NCBI GenBank assembly: GCA_964518645.1
Contig: CAZFGL010000002.1
Location: 1 to 49,721 of the forward strand
Length of the DNA stretch: 49,721 bases
Direction: 5' to 3'
DNA from: an uncultured Oscillospiraceae bacterium
Lineage (GTDB): Bacteria > Bacillota > Clostridia > Oscillospirales > Oscillospiraceae
In this document: positions 15,143-23,406 of the stretch, piece after piece
Layout: each line of letters opens with the position of its first letter
How positions within the stretch are numbered: position 1 is the first letter of the stretch
Notes under the pieces: model-generated
Database searches by the model: none
What the model saw: only the letters and a program-made list of their open reading frames with translations
Told to the model about the DNA's origin: nothing
Made by a program: the position numbers and the translations under genes

Positions 15143-16504
15143 ATGAATGAGACACAATTTGATGTTCCGGAAACCCTGGAGCAGGAGGTACTCCGTCTGC
15201 GCCGGGAAAACCGGGAGCTTTCCGCCCTGTATCAGCGTCTGCGGAAACAGGAGCTGGTGAGTCACCTGCTCCGGGGCAAGTTTCTGGACGTGGACAGAAT
15301 TCTGGAGGATCTCCAAAGCTTTGGGATCTGTCTGAACCGGGATGATTATATTCTTCTGGGGATCACCGTACTTTCAGAGCCTATGGCCCTCGCTTCCGGC
15401 AGTACCGGGGAGGATCAGATGTATTTTGACCTCTATGTCCGAAAGCTGGAACAGATTCTGATGGATACCATTGCCCCCCATTACGAATGCAACGTGGCCC
15501 ATATGGACTCCGGTGCCGTATGTCTGGTGGGCGTGCCCCATCACGGCGATGCTCCGGTGCTTCCGGAGCAGGGAAAGTTCCACATTCAGCCCCCGGGGGA
15601 GAATATCATCAACCGGATGAACCAGCTGGCACTGACCATCTACGACCGGGTCAAGGCTGAGCTGTCTCTGGAAGTATTCATCGCCATCAGCCGTCCCAGC
15701 CGGGGCGTTGACGGAATTCCCGCCGCCTATACCGATGTGCGTCAGATTCTGGATTACAAACAGATGATGCGGGTAGATGTGCCTGTACTGTGCTACCATG
15801 ATTTTGAATTGGAGGAAAACAGCCGAAAATCCGATTACAGCAGCCTTCAGCTGGAGAAGGAGTATCTCCGGCAGGTGGAACTGGGCGATTATGAAAAGGC
15901 CCGGGAAACCATGCACCGGATCCTGAAGCAGGACTTTATCACTGCGCCCCCCTCGCTCCACACCGTCAAGGTAAAAACCAGCGCAAAGCTCCACACTCTG
16001 CTGCTCACGCTGGATCGTTTCACCCCGGATCAGGACTCCGAAACCTATCACCAGATCCTCAGCTGCCTGCAACGGATCGAGGAGGATACCCTCACCACAG
16101 ATCAGCTGGAAAATCTGGTGGATCATGTATTTGACCGGATCCGGCAGTACGCTCTGGAGCTTGACACCGATCCCCGTCCCCGCTGGCTCACGGAGATGAT
16201 GGCCTATATTGAAGAGCACTACCGGCAGCCGGATCTGAACGTCTCCTCCCTCAGCAACCGGTTCCACATGACCCCCTCTTATCTTTCAAAGGAGACCAAG
16301 CGTTTTACCGGCAGCACCCTTTTTGACTATATTCAGAAGCTGCGACTGGAATACGCACAGGTGCTTCTCGCCGCCGGTTACACCACCCAGAGTGCCGCCG
16401 AGGACAGTGGTTTTGGGGACGTGCGTTCCATGCGCCGTGCCTTCCAGAAGTATCTGGGTGCCACCCCCAGACAATACGCCACGCCAAAGCAGACCGACAA
16501 CTGA
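15143..16504 (+). CDS. AraC family transcriptional regulator with ~340-aa non-receiver N-terminal domain (regulator 1)
   Basis: 453 aa. The C-terminal double HTH is YIEEHYRQPDLNVSSLSNRFHMTPSYLSKETKRFTGSTLFDYIQKLRLEYAQVLLAAGYTTQSAAEDSGFGDVRSMRRAFQKYLGATPRQY. The N-terminus has a heptad-like stretch (LEQEVLRLRRENRELSALYQRLRKQEL). No phospho-acceptor receiver motif is seen. Confidence 0.9.
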   Translation: MNETQFDVPETLEQEVLRLRRENRELSALYQRLRKQELVSHLLRGKFLDVDRILEDLQSFGICLNRDDYILLGITVLSEPMALASGSTGEDQMYFDLYVRKLEQILMDTIAPHYECNVAHMDSGAVCLVGVPHHGDAPVLPEQGKFHIQPPGENIINRMNQLALTIYDRVKAELSLEVFIAISRPSRGVDGIPAAYTDVRQILDYKQMMRVDVPVLCYHDFELEENSRKSDYSSLQLEKEYLRQVELGDYEKARETMHRILKQDFITAPPSLHTVKVKTSAKLHTLLLTLDRFTPDQDSETYHQILSCLQRIEEDTLTTDQLENLVDHVFDRIRQYALELDTDPRPRWLTEMMAYIEEHYRQPDLNVSSLSNRFHMTPSYLSKETKRFTGSTLFDYIQKLRLEYAQVLLAAGYTTQSAAEDSGFGDVRSMRRAFQKYLGATPRQYATPKQTDN

Positions 16505-16515
16505 CAGGAGGGCTT

Positions 16516-17751
16516 ATGGGTTTCTCAGATGTTATTTTCTATACCGGAGGGCTCCGGAAGCCAAATCTGGATCTCACCTGTGCCAGAGACATGGCCGACG
16601 AGTTGTTCACCCACTCCGACGGGGTGGATCCCAAATTCCACGAGGAGCTTCGTCAGGCGGGGATCCTGTTGCCGGAGCCTCCATTCCGGCTCATCTCCGT
16701 GTCCCCCGGCATGGGTGGCGCCCGTTTCACCATGGCCCATGCCCTTCAGTTTGCAGAAGAAATGACCCGGCATCTCCCACGCTTTCTCTCCGCCGACGGA
16801 CTGTTCTTTTATAACAACAGCATTATGCAGGGCATCGTCTCCGTAAAGGACAAAACCGAGATGCCCCGGCTTTATCAGGAGCTTCAGCAGATCATCTGGC
16901 AATACAGCGCCGCTGCCCGCCCCCATGCCGCCGTCAGCAACAGCTACGACGACTATCTGTTCATCAGCAGAGCCTGTGCGGAAAATCAGGAAGCTCACCA
17001 GTTTGCCCGGTTCCTCACCTGTCCCATTGACGTGATCGTGCAGCCCGGGGATTTCTATCTTCAGGGCGGTGACCAGCCGGTGGGTGAGGACGAGGAGTTC
17101 TTCGGCCAGATCTCCCAGAAGATCTGCAACGCCCTTCTTGCTCAGGATCCCCAGCGGGCACACCGGGCTCTGGACGAGGGGATCCATTTCACCATAGGGA
17201 AATTTCCACGGGTTTCCGGGGTTCACATGCGTGCCCTCCGGTTCTGTCACGCACTGGAAATGACACTGGTAGGCGCCGACCTGATCGACCGGCTTTTTGT
17301 GCAGAAGTTTCATCTGTTGGAGGACGTGATCGAGGCGGACAATGAACAGGCTCTCCGGGAAACCTTCCACAGGAAGCTGGATGCCATCTTCATCTACTCC
17401 GAGGAGCGAAAAAAGCTCCACCACGGGGCGCAGATGCGTCAGGTGGTGGAGTATATCGGCAGAAATCTGACAGATTCAACCCTGTCTATCTCCACCATTG
17501 CGGAGAATTTCCACATGAACGAGGAGAAGCTTTCCGCCGAATTCCGGGGCTATTTTCAGGAGACCATTCCAAACATGATCCATCAGCGCCGGGTGGAATA
17601 CATCAAAAAACAGCTGATTCACACCGGCAAGACGGTACAGGAAATCTGCACCGACGCAGGGTACATCAGCCTTGCCACCATGAACCGGGCATTTTCCCGG
17701 CTGGAGGGTATGTATCCCGGCCAATACCGCCAGAAATATCGAAATAAATAA
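16516..17751 (+). CDS. AraC family transcriptional regulator (regulator 2), tandem to regulator 1
   Basis: 411 aa with an AGGAGGG RBS. The C-terminal HTH is VVEYIGRNLTDSTLSISTIAENFHMNEEKLSAEFRGYFQETIPNMIHQRRVEYIKKQL..TGKTVQEICTDAGYISLATMNRAFSRLEGMYPGQYR. It starts 11 nt after regulator 1. Confidence 0.9.
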   Translation: MGFSDVIFYTGGLRKPNLDLTCARDMADELFTHSDGVDPKFHEELRQAGILLPEPPFRLISVSPGMGGARFTMAHALQFAEEMTRHLPRFLSADGLFFYNNSIMQGIVSVKDKTEMPRLYQELQQIIWQYSAAARPHAAVSNSYDDYLFISRACAENQEAHQFARFLTCPIDVIVQPGDFYLQGGDQPVGEDEEFFGQISQKICNALLAQDPQRAHRALDEGIHFTIGKFPRVSGVHMRALRFCHALEMTLVGADLIDRLFVQKFHLLEDVIEADNEQALRETFHRKLDAIFIYSEERKKLHHGAQMRQVVEYIGRNLTDSTLSISTIAENFHMNEEKLSAEFRGYFQETIPNMIHQRRVEYIKKQLIHTGKTVQEICTDAGYISLATMNRAFSRLEGMYPGQYRQKYRNK

Positions 17752-17759
17752 TCTGACAA

Positions 17760-17795
17760 GCGTGCTGCAATGTATTTTGCGGCACGCCCTTTTTT
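17760..17795 (+). terminator. Rho-independent terminator of the AraC pair
   Basis: Stem GCGTGCTGC (17760..17768) / GCGGCACGC (17779..17787) with one G-U pair. CC then TTTTTT (17790..17795) follows. Confidence 0.7.
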
Positions 17796-17835
17796 GCTCA
17801 TTTGTCATAAAAACTGCTCATTCTTCCTGGATTTG

Positions 17836-17864
17836 TTTACTTTGTTTTTTGTGGTTTTTATAAT
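17836..17864 (+). promoter_or_regulatory. Putative promoter of the plus-strand NTF2 A2-B2-C2(-SBP4) operon
   Basis: TTTACT (17836..17841), a 17-nt spacer, then TATAAT (17859..17864). The ~85-nt leader contains a GC stem GGGCAGGG/CCCTG(T)CCC (17876..17895). TTCCTGG lies just upstream (17824..17830). Motif match only. Confidence 0.45.
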
Positions 17865-17950
17865 GAAGCTGTAACGGGCAGGGGTCCCCTGTCCCACGCC
17901 GGGATGTATATCGTCTCCGGACACTCCCAACAGAAAGCGAGGCTAAACAA

Positions 17951-18691
17951 ATGAAAGCTTACACAAGCGAGCAGCTGGTAGGTCTGTTTGAAGATCAGCG
18001 TGATCTGAAAAACCTGATGGGCAAGGTCTGCTACACCATGCTGCTGAAGCAGGAAAAGGACATGGTTGCCCGGTTCTGGTCTACCCGGGATGACATCTGC
18101 CTTGGTCTGAATGATGGATACTATGTGGGCGCAGAGGCTGTGAAGGGCTACTATCAGGCCATTCACCAGCACACACTGGAGGCCACAGAGTTTTTAAAGG
18201 ATGCCTTCCCCGACCGGATGGGCAAGCTCACCCAGGATGAGCAGTATGGTGCCGGTTCCATGGATGTGAAGCCCATGGACACCGCCGTGATCGAGATCGC
18301 CGGAGACGGCGAATCCGCCCGGGGCATCTGGTACTCCCGGGGCACTTATAATGACCTGACTCCGCAGGGGCCTCTGGCTTTCTGGAAGCTGGGCGTATAC
18401 GCCTGTGATTTTGTCCGGGAAAAGGGCCAGTGGAAAATTCTAAACATGCTGAATCTGGTGGACATCCACACCCCCGGTGGCAGAAGCTGGGGCGATCCCG
18501 CTCAGGAGTCCTATCCGGATCTGCCGGAGTTTGCCGGTGCCTCCCCCTTCTGTGCACCGGCTCCCACCCATCCAAAAAAGCTGATGGAGGTCTATTACCC
18601 CGGCCGTCCCTTTACCCCCCTGCCGGAGCCGCCGGTTCCCTATGAGACCCTGTCCGAAACGAACACCTACGGATACAGAGAGGAGGCCTGA
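17951..18691 (+). CDS. NTF2/SnoaL-like protein, type A, copy 2
   Basis: 246 aa. Blocks RDLKNLMGKVCYTM, PMDTAVIEIAGDGESARGIWYS and EKGQWKILNMLNL. The tail is RPFTPLPEPPVPYETLSETNTYGY. It is collinear with A1 (13354..14082). Confidence 0.85.
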   Translation: MKAYTSEQLVGLFEDQRDLKNLMGKVCYTMLLKQEKDMVARFWSTRDDICLGLNDGYYVGAEAVKGYYQAIHQHTLEATEFLKDAFPDRMGKLTQDEQYGAGSMDVKPMDTAVIEIAGDGESARGIWYSRGTYNDLTPQGPLAFWKLGVYACDFVREKGQWKILNMLNLVDIHTPGGRSWGDPAQESYPDLPEFAGASPFCAPAPTHPKKLMEVYYPGRPFTPLPEPPVPYETLSETNTYGYREEA

Positions 18692-18693
18692 AC

Positions 18694-19467
18694 ATGAATT
18701 ACTACGAGGATAAGATATTCACCGATGACGAACTGATCGTCCGGGTCATGGATAAGGAAGAGATCAAAAAGCTGATGGCAAAGCGGGCCTTCTACTATGC
18801 CAACAATCAGCGGAGAAGAGAGCTTGACGAGCTTTGGGTAAAAACCCCGGAGTTCACCCGGAGTGCATCCTACGGCCGGAACTGGGGCTACTATGTGGGC
18901 ATGGACTCCATCGCTGACTATTATGTGGTGCAGCATACCAGACGGCAGTATGAGGCGCTGGAGGCCATCCATGCAAACGACCCCACCGTTGCGGTAAACA
19001 ATCTGAATCTGGGGCTGGGCTGCAGCGCATTCCATACCGTCACCACCCCCATGCTGTACATCGCCGGAGACGGTGCCACTGCCCGTGGTCTGTGGTACTC
19101 TGCCGGACAGGAGACCATTATGCAGGCAGACGGCACTGCAAAGGCCTACTGGACCATGGACAACATGGCCGCAGACTTTGTAAAGGAAAACGGCCAGTGG
19201 AAGATCTGGCATCTGGTGGTTTGCAGCGACTTCTTCGTGGAGGCCGGTACCGACTTCAAGACCGGCACACTGGAGCCTCTTACCGGGCCGGATCCCTTCC
19301 GGGACGAGTTCGGCACCCCGGACATTCCCATGACCGTTCACAATCCCCGGTATAATCTCTCCGACAACTATCCCCCCATGCCTCTGCCCTACGACACTTA
19401 TACGGTTCAGGGTTCCCTGGCTCCTGAGGGGCATCCCAACTATAAAAAGGAGGCTGTGAAAAGATGA
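18694..19467 (+). CDS. NTF2/SnoaL_4-like protein, type B, copy 2
   Basis: 257 aa with a GAGGAGG RBS, starting 2 nt after the A2 stop. Blocks EEIKKLMAKRAFYYANNQRRR..ELW, AFHTVTTPMLYIAGDGATARGLWYS and ENGQWKIWHLV. The tail contains MPLPYDTY. Collinear with B1. Confidence 0.85.
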   Translation: MNYYEDKIFTDDELIVRVMDKEEIKKLMAKRAFYYANNQRRRELDELWVKTPEFTRSASYGRNWGYYVGMDSIADYYVVQHTRRQYEALEAIHANDPTVAVNNLNLGLGCSAFHTVTTPMLYIAGDGATARGLWYSAGQETIMQADGTAKAYWTMDNMAADFVKENGQWKIWHLVVCSDFFVEAGTDFKTGTLEPLTGPDPFRDEFGTPDIPMTVHNPRYNLSDNYPPMPLPYDTYTVQGSLAPEGHPNYKKEAVKR

Positions 19468-20300
19468 AAACCCATCTGAGCCTGCACCAGCGCATCCATA
19501 ATGCAGACGGAAGCCAGCAGATCGAAAATCTGAAGGCCATCCACGCCTATACCCACGCCAGAAACTGGCCTGTGGAAGAATGGGACAACATCTGGGATCT
19601 TTCCGACGACTGTTCCTGGGCCCACGGCTTCGGCCGGTGGAGAGGCGGTTTTAAGGTATATCTCAACTCCGTTACCGAGTGGGACATTCCCACCTTCACC
19701 AACTATATGAAGCTGTATAAGCTCTATCCCGATGTAATGGGTATGGATCCCCGTCCCCTCAACTTCTCCCCGGTTCACAATCTTTCCAGCGAGATTATCG
19801 AGGTTGCCGACGACGGAAAATCCGCCCGGGGCGCATTTCTCACCCCCGGTAACATTTATGAGTATCTCAAGCCCCAGCAGCGCCGCCGGGCCATCTTCAT
19901 GTGGGAGCGCTACGGTGCCGACTTCATCTGCGACGAAAACGGCCACTGGAAATATCTCCACGAGCATGTGTGCCCGGACTTCCAGGGCAATTATGACGAT
20001 GTAAACTGGGGTCTGGAAGCGTATCAGGTGGCCACCGATCCCAATCGCCGGAATTCCGCCGCTCCCCCGCCGGATGCAGATTCCGCCGGACATCCCGATG
20101 GGGTAAACGGCCCCGCTCCCGAGGGGCCTCCGCCGGATTCCGCCGGCCCCAGAGATATGGCACTGGATGACCCCGGCCCCCTGCACCGGGAATATGAGTT
20201 CCTGATGCCCATTCAGAACACCTGTCCCTGGCCGGAACCCTATGGGACACTGGACAACAATAACACCTATACCCCCTTTATCGGTAAGGATCGGCTGTAA
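19464..20300 (+). CDS. NTF2/SnoaL-like protein, type C, copy 2
   Basis: 278 aa with an AGGAGG RBS. Its ATG overlaps the B2 stop (ATGA). Blocks IENLKAIHAYTH, VHNLSSEIIEVADDGKSARGAFLTPG and NGHWKYLHEHVCPD. A P/G/D-rich tail ends CPWPEPYGTLDNNNTY.... Collinear with C1. Confidence 0.85.
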   Translation: MKTHLSLHQRIHNADGSQQIENLKAIHAYTHARNWPVEEWDNIWDLSDDCSWAHGFGRWRGGFKVYLNSVTEWDIPTFTNYMKLYKLYPDVMGMDPRPLNFSPVHNLSSEIIEVADDGKSARGAFLTPGNIYEYLKPQQRRRAIFMWERYGADFICDENGHWKYLHEHVCPDFQGNYDDVNWGLEAYQVATDPNRRNSAAPPPDADSAGHPDGVNGPAPEGPPPDSAGPRDMALDDPGPLHREYEFLMPIQNTCPWPEPYGTLDNNNTYTPFIGKDRL

Positions 20301-20455
20301 AGAAAAAACACCCCCTGTGTTCCCGTCTCGGGGCAGGCTCCGGGCAAAAATCCGGATGCATCTGTCCCGGGCCGGAGGGATAACTGTGACTTTTTGAAAA
20401 AGTTCCCGGAGGAAGGGAGCTTATAAGCCGTAACTGTAACGAAAGGAGATCTGTT

Positions 20456-22150
20456 ATGAAAAAACTTCTTGCACTCCTGCTGACCCTGTGTTTGATTTTC
20501 GGGCTGGCTGCCTGTGGCGGAACCACCGATTCCTCCGCCCCCACCTCTGCTGTTTCTGTTGAAGCTGCCTCCGAAGCTCCTGAAACAGAAGTTTCTGCTG
20601 AAGCCTCTGTCTCTGAGGCCGGAGCATCTGTCCCGGAGGAAGTCCCGGAATCTGTCGTTGCACCTGTACCCGTCACCCTCCCCATTGTGGACGAGCCTGT
20701 CACCTACACCATCTGGTACAACGAGCCCTTTACCGAGTACATTGACAACCCGGCGGAGGATGTGGCGATTTTCCGGCTCCTTGCGGAAAAGACCAATATC
20801 TCTCTGGACTTCCACCTTACCACCATTGATGCCGCCAGCGATCAGTTCCAACTTCTGTTTGCGGCAGATTCCCTGCCCAACATCATCACCGATGCCATGG
20901 ACTATTACGCTGGCTCCATTGATGATGCCGTATTCGAGGATGAGTTCCTCTACAACTACGCCGATGATCTGGCCGATATGACCAACTACAACGCCGTTCT
21001 GAATCAGTACATCGAGGCAAAAAAGACCATTACCAGCGCCGACTCCGGTGCCATGGTTTCCTTCCCCGAGCTGTACAAGGACGTAGGCGATGAGGACGGC
21101 TATATGATCCGCAAGGATTATCTGGATCTCACCGGCATGGACGTACCCACCACCTACGACGAGATGCACGACGTGCTTGCAGCCATTCATGAAAAGAACG
21201 GATCCGGTCTGGATCTCACCTCCTCCGGCGGCGATGCACTGCTGGGTGCAGGCTTCGGCATCAACTGCGGACTGGACTCCTCTGACCTTGCCGGCTGGTA
21301 TGTGGTTGACAATGAGGTAAGAATGGGCATCCTTCAGCCCGAGTTCAGGGATTATCTGGAGATGGTAAAGCAGTGGTACTCTGAGGGCATCATCTATGCA
21401 GATTTTATCAACTCCGATAACGGCGACCTCACCAACCTGTTCACCGGTGCTGTTTCCATCACCATGAAGGTGCCTGAGATCATTGACGTGGCTGCTGCTG
21501 TGGTAGGGGCTGAAATGATCCCCATGAAGGCCCCCGTAAAGCAGGCGGGAGACACGATCACCATCTGCGGTGGCGAAAGCTCCTGCCTGATGGATCCCCA
21601 CACCTGGTCCATCAATGTGCAGACCGAAAACATTGATCCCCTGCTGAAGATGATCGACTACATGTACTCCCCTGAAGCCACCGACATGATGAACTACGGC
21701 GAAGAGGGCGTTTCCTTTGAATATGACACCGAGGGCAATCCCCAGTTCACTGCTCTGGTGCTGGACAACCCCGACGATTACGACTATGCCCACGCTGCAT
21801 ATTTCTACGCCACCTCCAACCGCACCCGTCTGCCCTTCGTCTCCGACTACGCCCGCTGCTTCTCCGACTACTCCGAGGCAGCCATGGAGGCCGTGGAGAT
21901 CTACACCGACGACTGCACCCACGAGAATGACTACCCCAACGGGGCAATCATGAACACCGAGCAGACCCAGCAGTACAATACCGTTGCAGCAGATATCTGC
22001 ACCTACATTTCCGAGCATGTTCTCCAGTTCATCTATGGTCAGGAAGACATGGCTCAGTGGGACGCCTTCATTGATACCCTGTATGAAATGGGCATCGAGA
22101 CTGCCATCGAAGCCAAGCAGGCAGCCTATGAGGATTACCTGAACACCTAA
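20456..22150 (+). CDS. Large extracellular solute-binding lipoprotein, paralog 4 of 4
   Basis: 564 aa with an AAGGAG RBS. MKKLLALLLTLCLIFGLAACGG (lipobox), an acidic linker, and a core with VKQWYSEGIIYADF. Same position relative to its NTF2 cassette as SBP3. Confidence 0.9.
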   Translation: MKKLLALLLTLCLIFGLAACGGTTDSSAPTSAVSVEAASEAPETEVSAEASVSEAGASVPEEVPESVVAPVPVTLPIVDEPVTYTIWYNEPFTEYIDNPAEDVAIFRLLAEKTNISLDFHLTTIDAASDQFQLLFAADSLPNIITDAMDYYAGSIDDAVFEDEFLYNYADDLADMTNYNAVLNQYIEAKKTITSADSGAMVSFPELYKDVGDEDGYMIRKDYLDLTGMDVPTTYDEMHDVLAAIHEKNGSGLDLTSSGGDALLGAGFGINCGLDSSDLAGWYVVDNEVRMGILQPEFRDYLEMVKQWYSEGIIYADFINSDNGDLTNLFTGAVSITMKVPEIIDVAAAVVGAEMIPMKAPVKQAGDTITICGGESSCLMDPHTWSINVQTENIDPLLKMIDYMYSPEATDMMNYGEEGVSFEYDTEGNPQFTALVLDNPDDYDYAHAAYFYATSNRTRLPFVSDYARCFSDYSEAAMEAVEIYTDDCTHENDYPNGAIMNTEQTQQYNTVAADICTYISEHVLQFIYGQEDMAQWDAFIDTLYEMGIETAIEAKQAAYEDYLNT

Positions 22151-22159
22151 CATACGAAA

Positions 22160-22202
22160 CGCCCGGAGACTCCACTGCGGTGGATGCCTCCGGGCGCTTT
22201 TT
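22160..22202. terminator. Terminator between convergent SBP4 (+) and VOC-SDR-oxidoreductase operon (-)
   Basis: Stem CGCCCGGAG (22160..22168) / CTCCGGGCG (22188..22196) followed by TTTTT (22198..22202). The U-run is good for the plus strand and weak for the minus strand. Confidence 0.75.
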
Positions 22203-22205
22203 GTT

Positions 22206-22574
22206 TTATTCAGCGGGAATGATCTCGATCTGGTATCCGTCCGGATCCTTGATGAAATACACAGGCTCCGTCTCCGGATCCCGGCAGATCACCCCCATCT
22301 TTTCGTGAAGGGCGTGGGCCTCTTCCATGTTTTCCACGGAAAATGCCACATGGAACTCATTGTCTCCCAAAGCATAGCCGCCGATTCTGCCGGGAACATA
22401 GCCCACCTCCAGCTGATGGGCAGACTCCCCGTCGGAGAGGAACACCAGTGTAGCGTCCATGTCGCTGGGATGCATCACCTTTGCGGTGGTCAATCCCAGT
22501 GCCTCCTCATAGAACTTCAGAGACCGTTCCAGATCAGAAACAAATACACAGTTGTGGGCAAACCGGAATTTCAT
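22206..22574 (-). CDS. VOC (glyoxalase I / epimerase-fold) family protein
   Basis: 122 aa. FAHNCVFVSDLERSLKFYEEALGL...HVAFSVENMEEAHALHEKMG...DPDGYQIEII is the classic paired beta-alpha-beta-beta-beta VOC pattern. GGAGGAG RBS. It starts 15 nt after the SDR stop. Confidence 0.85.
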   Translation of the reverse strand: MKFRFAHNCVFVSDLERSLKFYEEALGLTTAKVMHPSDMDATLVFLSDGESAHQLEVGYVPGRIGGYALGDNEFHVAFSVENMEEAHALHEKMGVICRDPETEPVYFIKDPDGYQIEIIPAE

Positions 22575-22589
22575 TCTGGTCTCCTCCCC

Positions 22590-23369
22590 TTACATCTGCA
22601 TACCGCCGCAAACAGGCAGTGCACAACCGGTGATATGGCCGGACATGTTGGAGCAGAGGAACATCACGGCATCCGCCACATCGGAGGTGGTGCCCAGCTT
22701 GCCCATGGGGATCACGTTCTGCATCAGGAAATCCACATCCTGTGCGCCGGAGGCCTTGCTGTCTGCCATCAGATTGGTGCCATCGGTGGGGCCGGGGCAG
22801 ATTACATTGACACGGATGCCGTTCTTTGCGTTTTCCACAGCAGCGGTCTGGGTAATTGCGATTACGCCTGCCTTGGAGGGGCCGTAAGCACCAAATCCGG
22901 GAGCCATGTTCAGTCCGCCGATGGAGGAGGTGTTTACAATGGCACCGCCGCCCTGCTTGTTCATCTGGATCATCTCATACTTCAGGCAGTGGAACATGCC
23001 GGTCAGGTTGGTGGAGATCACCTTCAGCCAGTCACTCTCAGTCACCTCAGTCAGAGGAGCAAAGGGAATATTCACGCCGTCAGCACCGCATCCGGCATTG
23101 TTGAAGGCATAGTCCAGTGCGCCGAAGGTCTGGACTGTGGTCTCAATGGCATTCTTGACAGATTCCTCGTCGGCCACATCGCAGGGAACGAAGATGGCTT
23201 CGCCGCCGGCCTCTTCCACCATTTTTACAGTCTCAGCGGCTGCTGCGGGCTTTCTTGCGGCAACTGCCACCTTGCAGCCCAGAGATCCGAAACGGACTGC
23301 CACTGCACGGCCCATACCGGAAGCTGCACCGGTAACAAACAGGACTTTACCCTTCATCTCTTCAAACAT
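22590..23369 (-). CDS. SDR family NAD(P)-dependent oxidoreductase
   Basis: 259 aa. TGAASGMGRA (TGxxxGxG), NNAG, NTSS and YGPSKAG (YxxxK) motifs. AAAGGAAG RBS. Confidence 0.9.
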   Translation of the reverse strand: MFEEMKGKVLFVTGAASGMGRAVAVRFGSLGCKVAVAARKPAAAAETVKMVEEAGGEAIFVPCDVADEESVKNAIETTVQTFGALDYAFNNAGCGADGVNIPFAPLTEVTESDWLKVISTNLTGMFHCLKYEMIQMNKQGGGAIVNTSSIGGLNMAPGFGAYGPSKAGVIAITQTAAVENAKNGIRVNVICPGPTDGTNLMADSKASGAQDVDFLMQNVIPMGKLGTTSDVADAVMFLCSNMSGHITGCALPVCGGMQM

Positions 23370-23406
23370 AATAATCTTCCTTTCCGATTATAAAAGTATT
23401 TTATTT

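Noticed and set aside
13570-15150. 526-aa plus-strand ORF
   Set aside because: It is antisense to the A1 and Rossmann-like genes and crosses the intergenic promoter region. It has no RBS or motifs.
15374-17424. Minus-strand ORFs 15374..16267 and 16525..17424
   Set aside because: They are antisense to the two AraC genes, whose HTH signatures are unambiguous.
11672-20300. NTF2 cassettes as toxin-antitoxin, immunity or phage-defence modules
   Set aside because: No nuclease, ATPase, toxin-like or DNA-binding partners are present. The genes are embedded among redox enzymes, SBPs and AraC regulators, which fits a metabolic role better.
20267-22153. 628-aa minus-strand ORF
   Set aside because: It is antisense to SBP4, which has an RBS, a lipobox and paralogy to three other SBPs.
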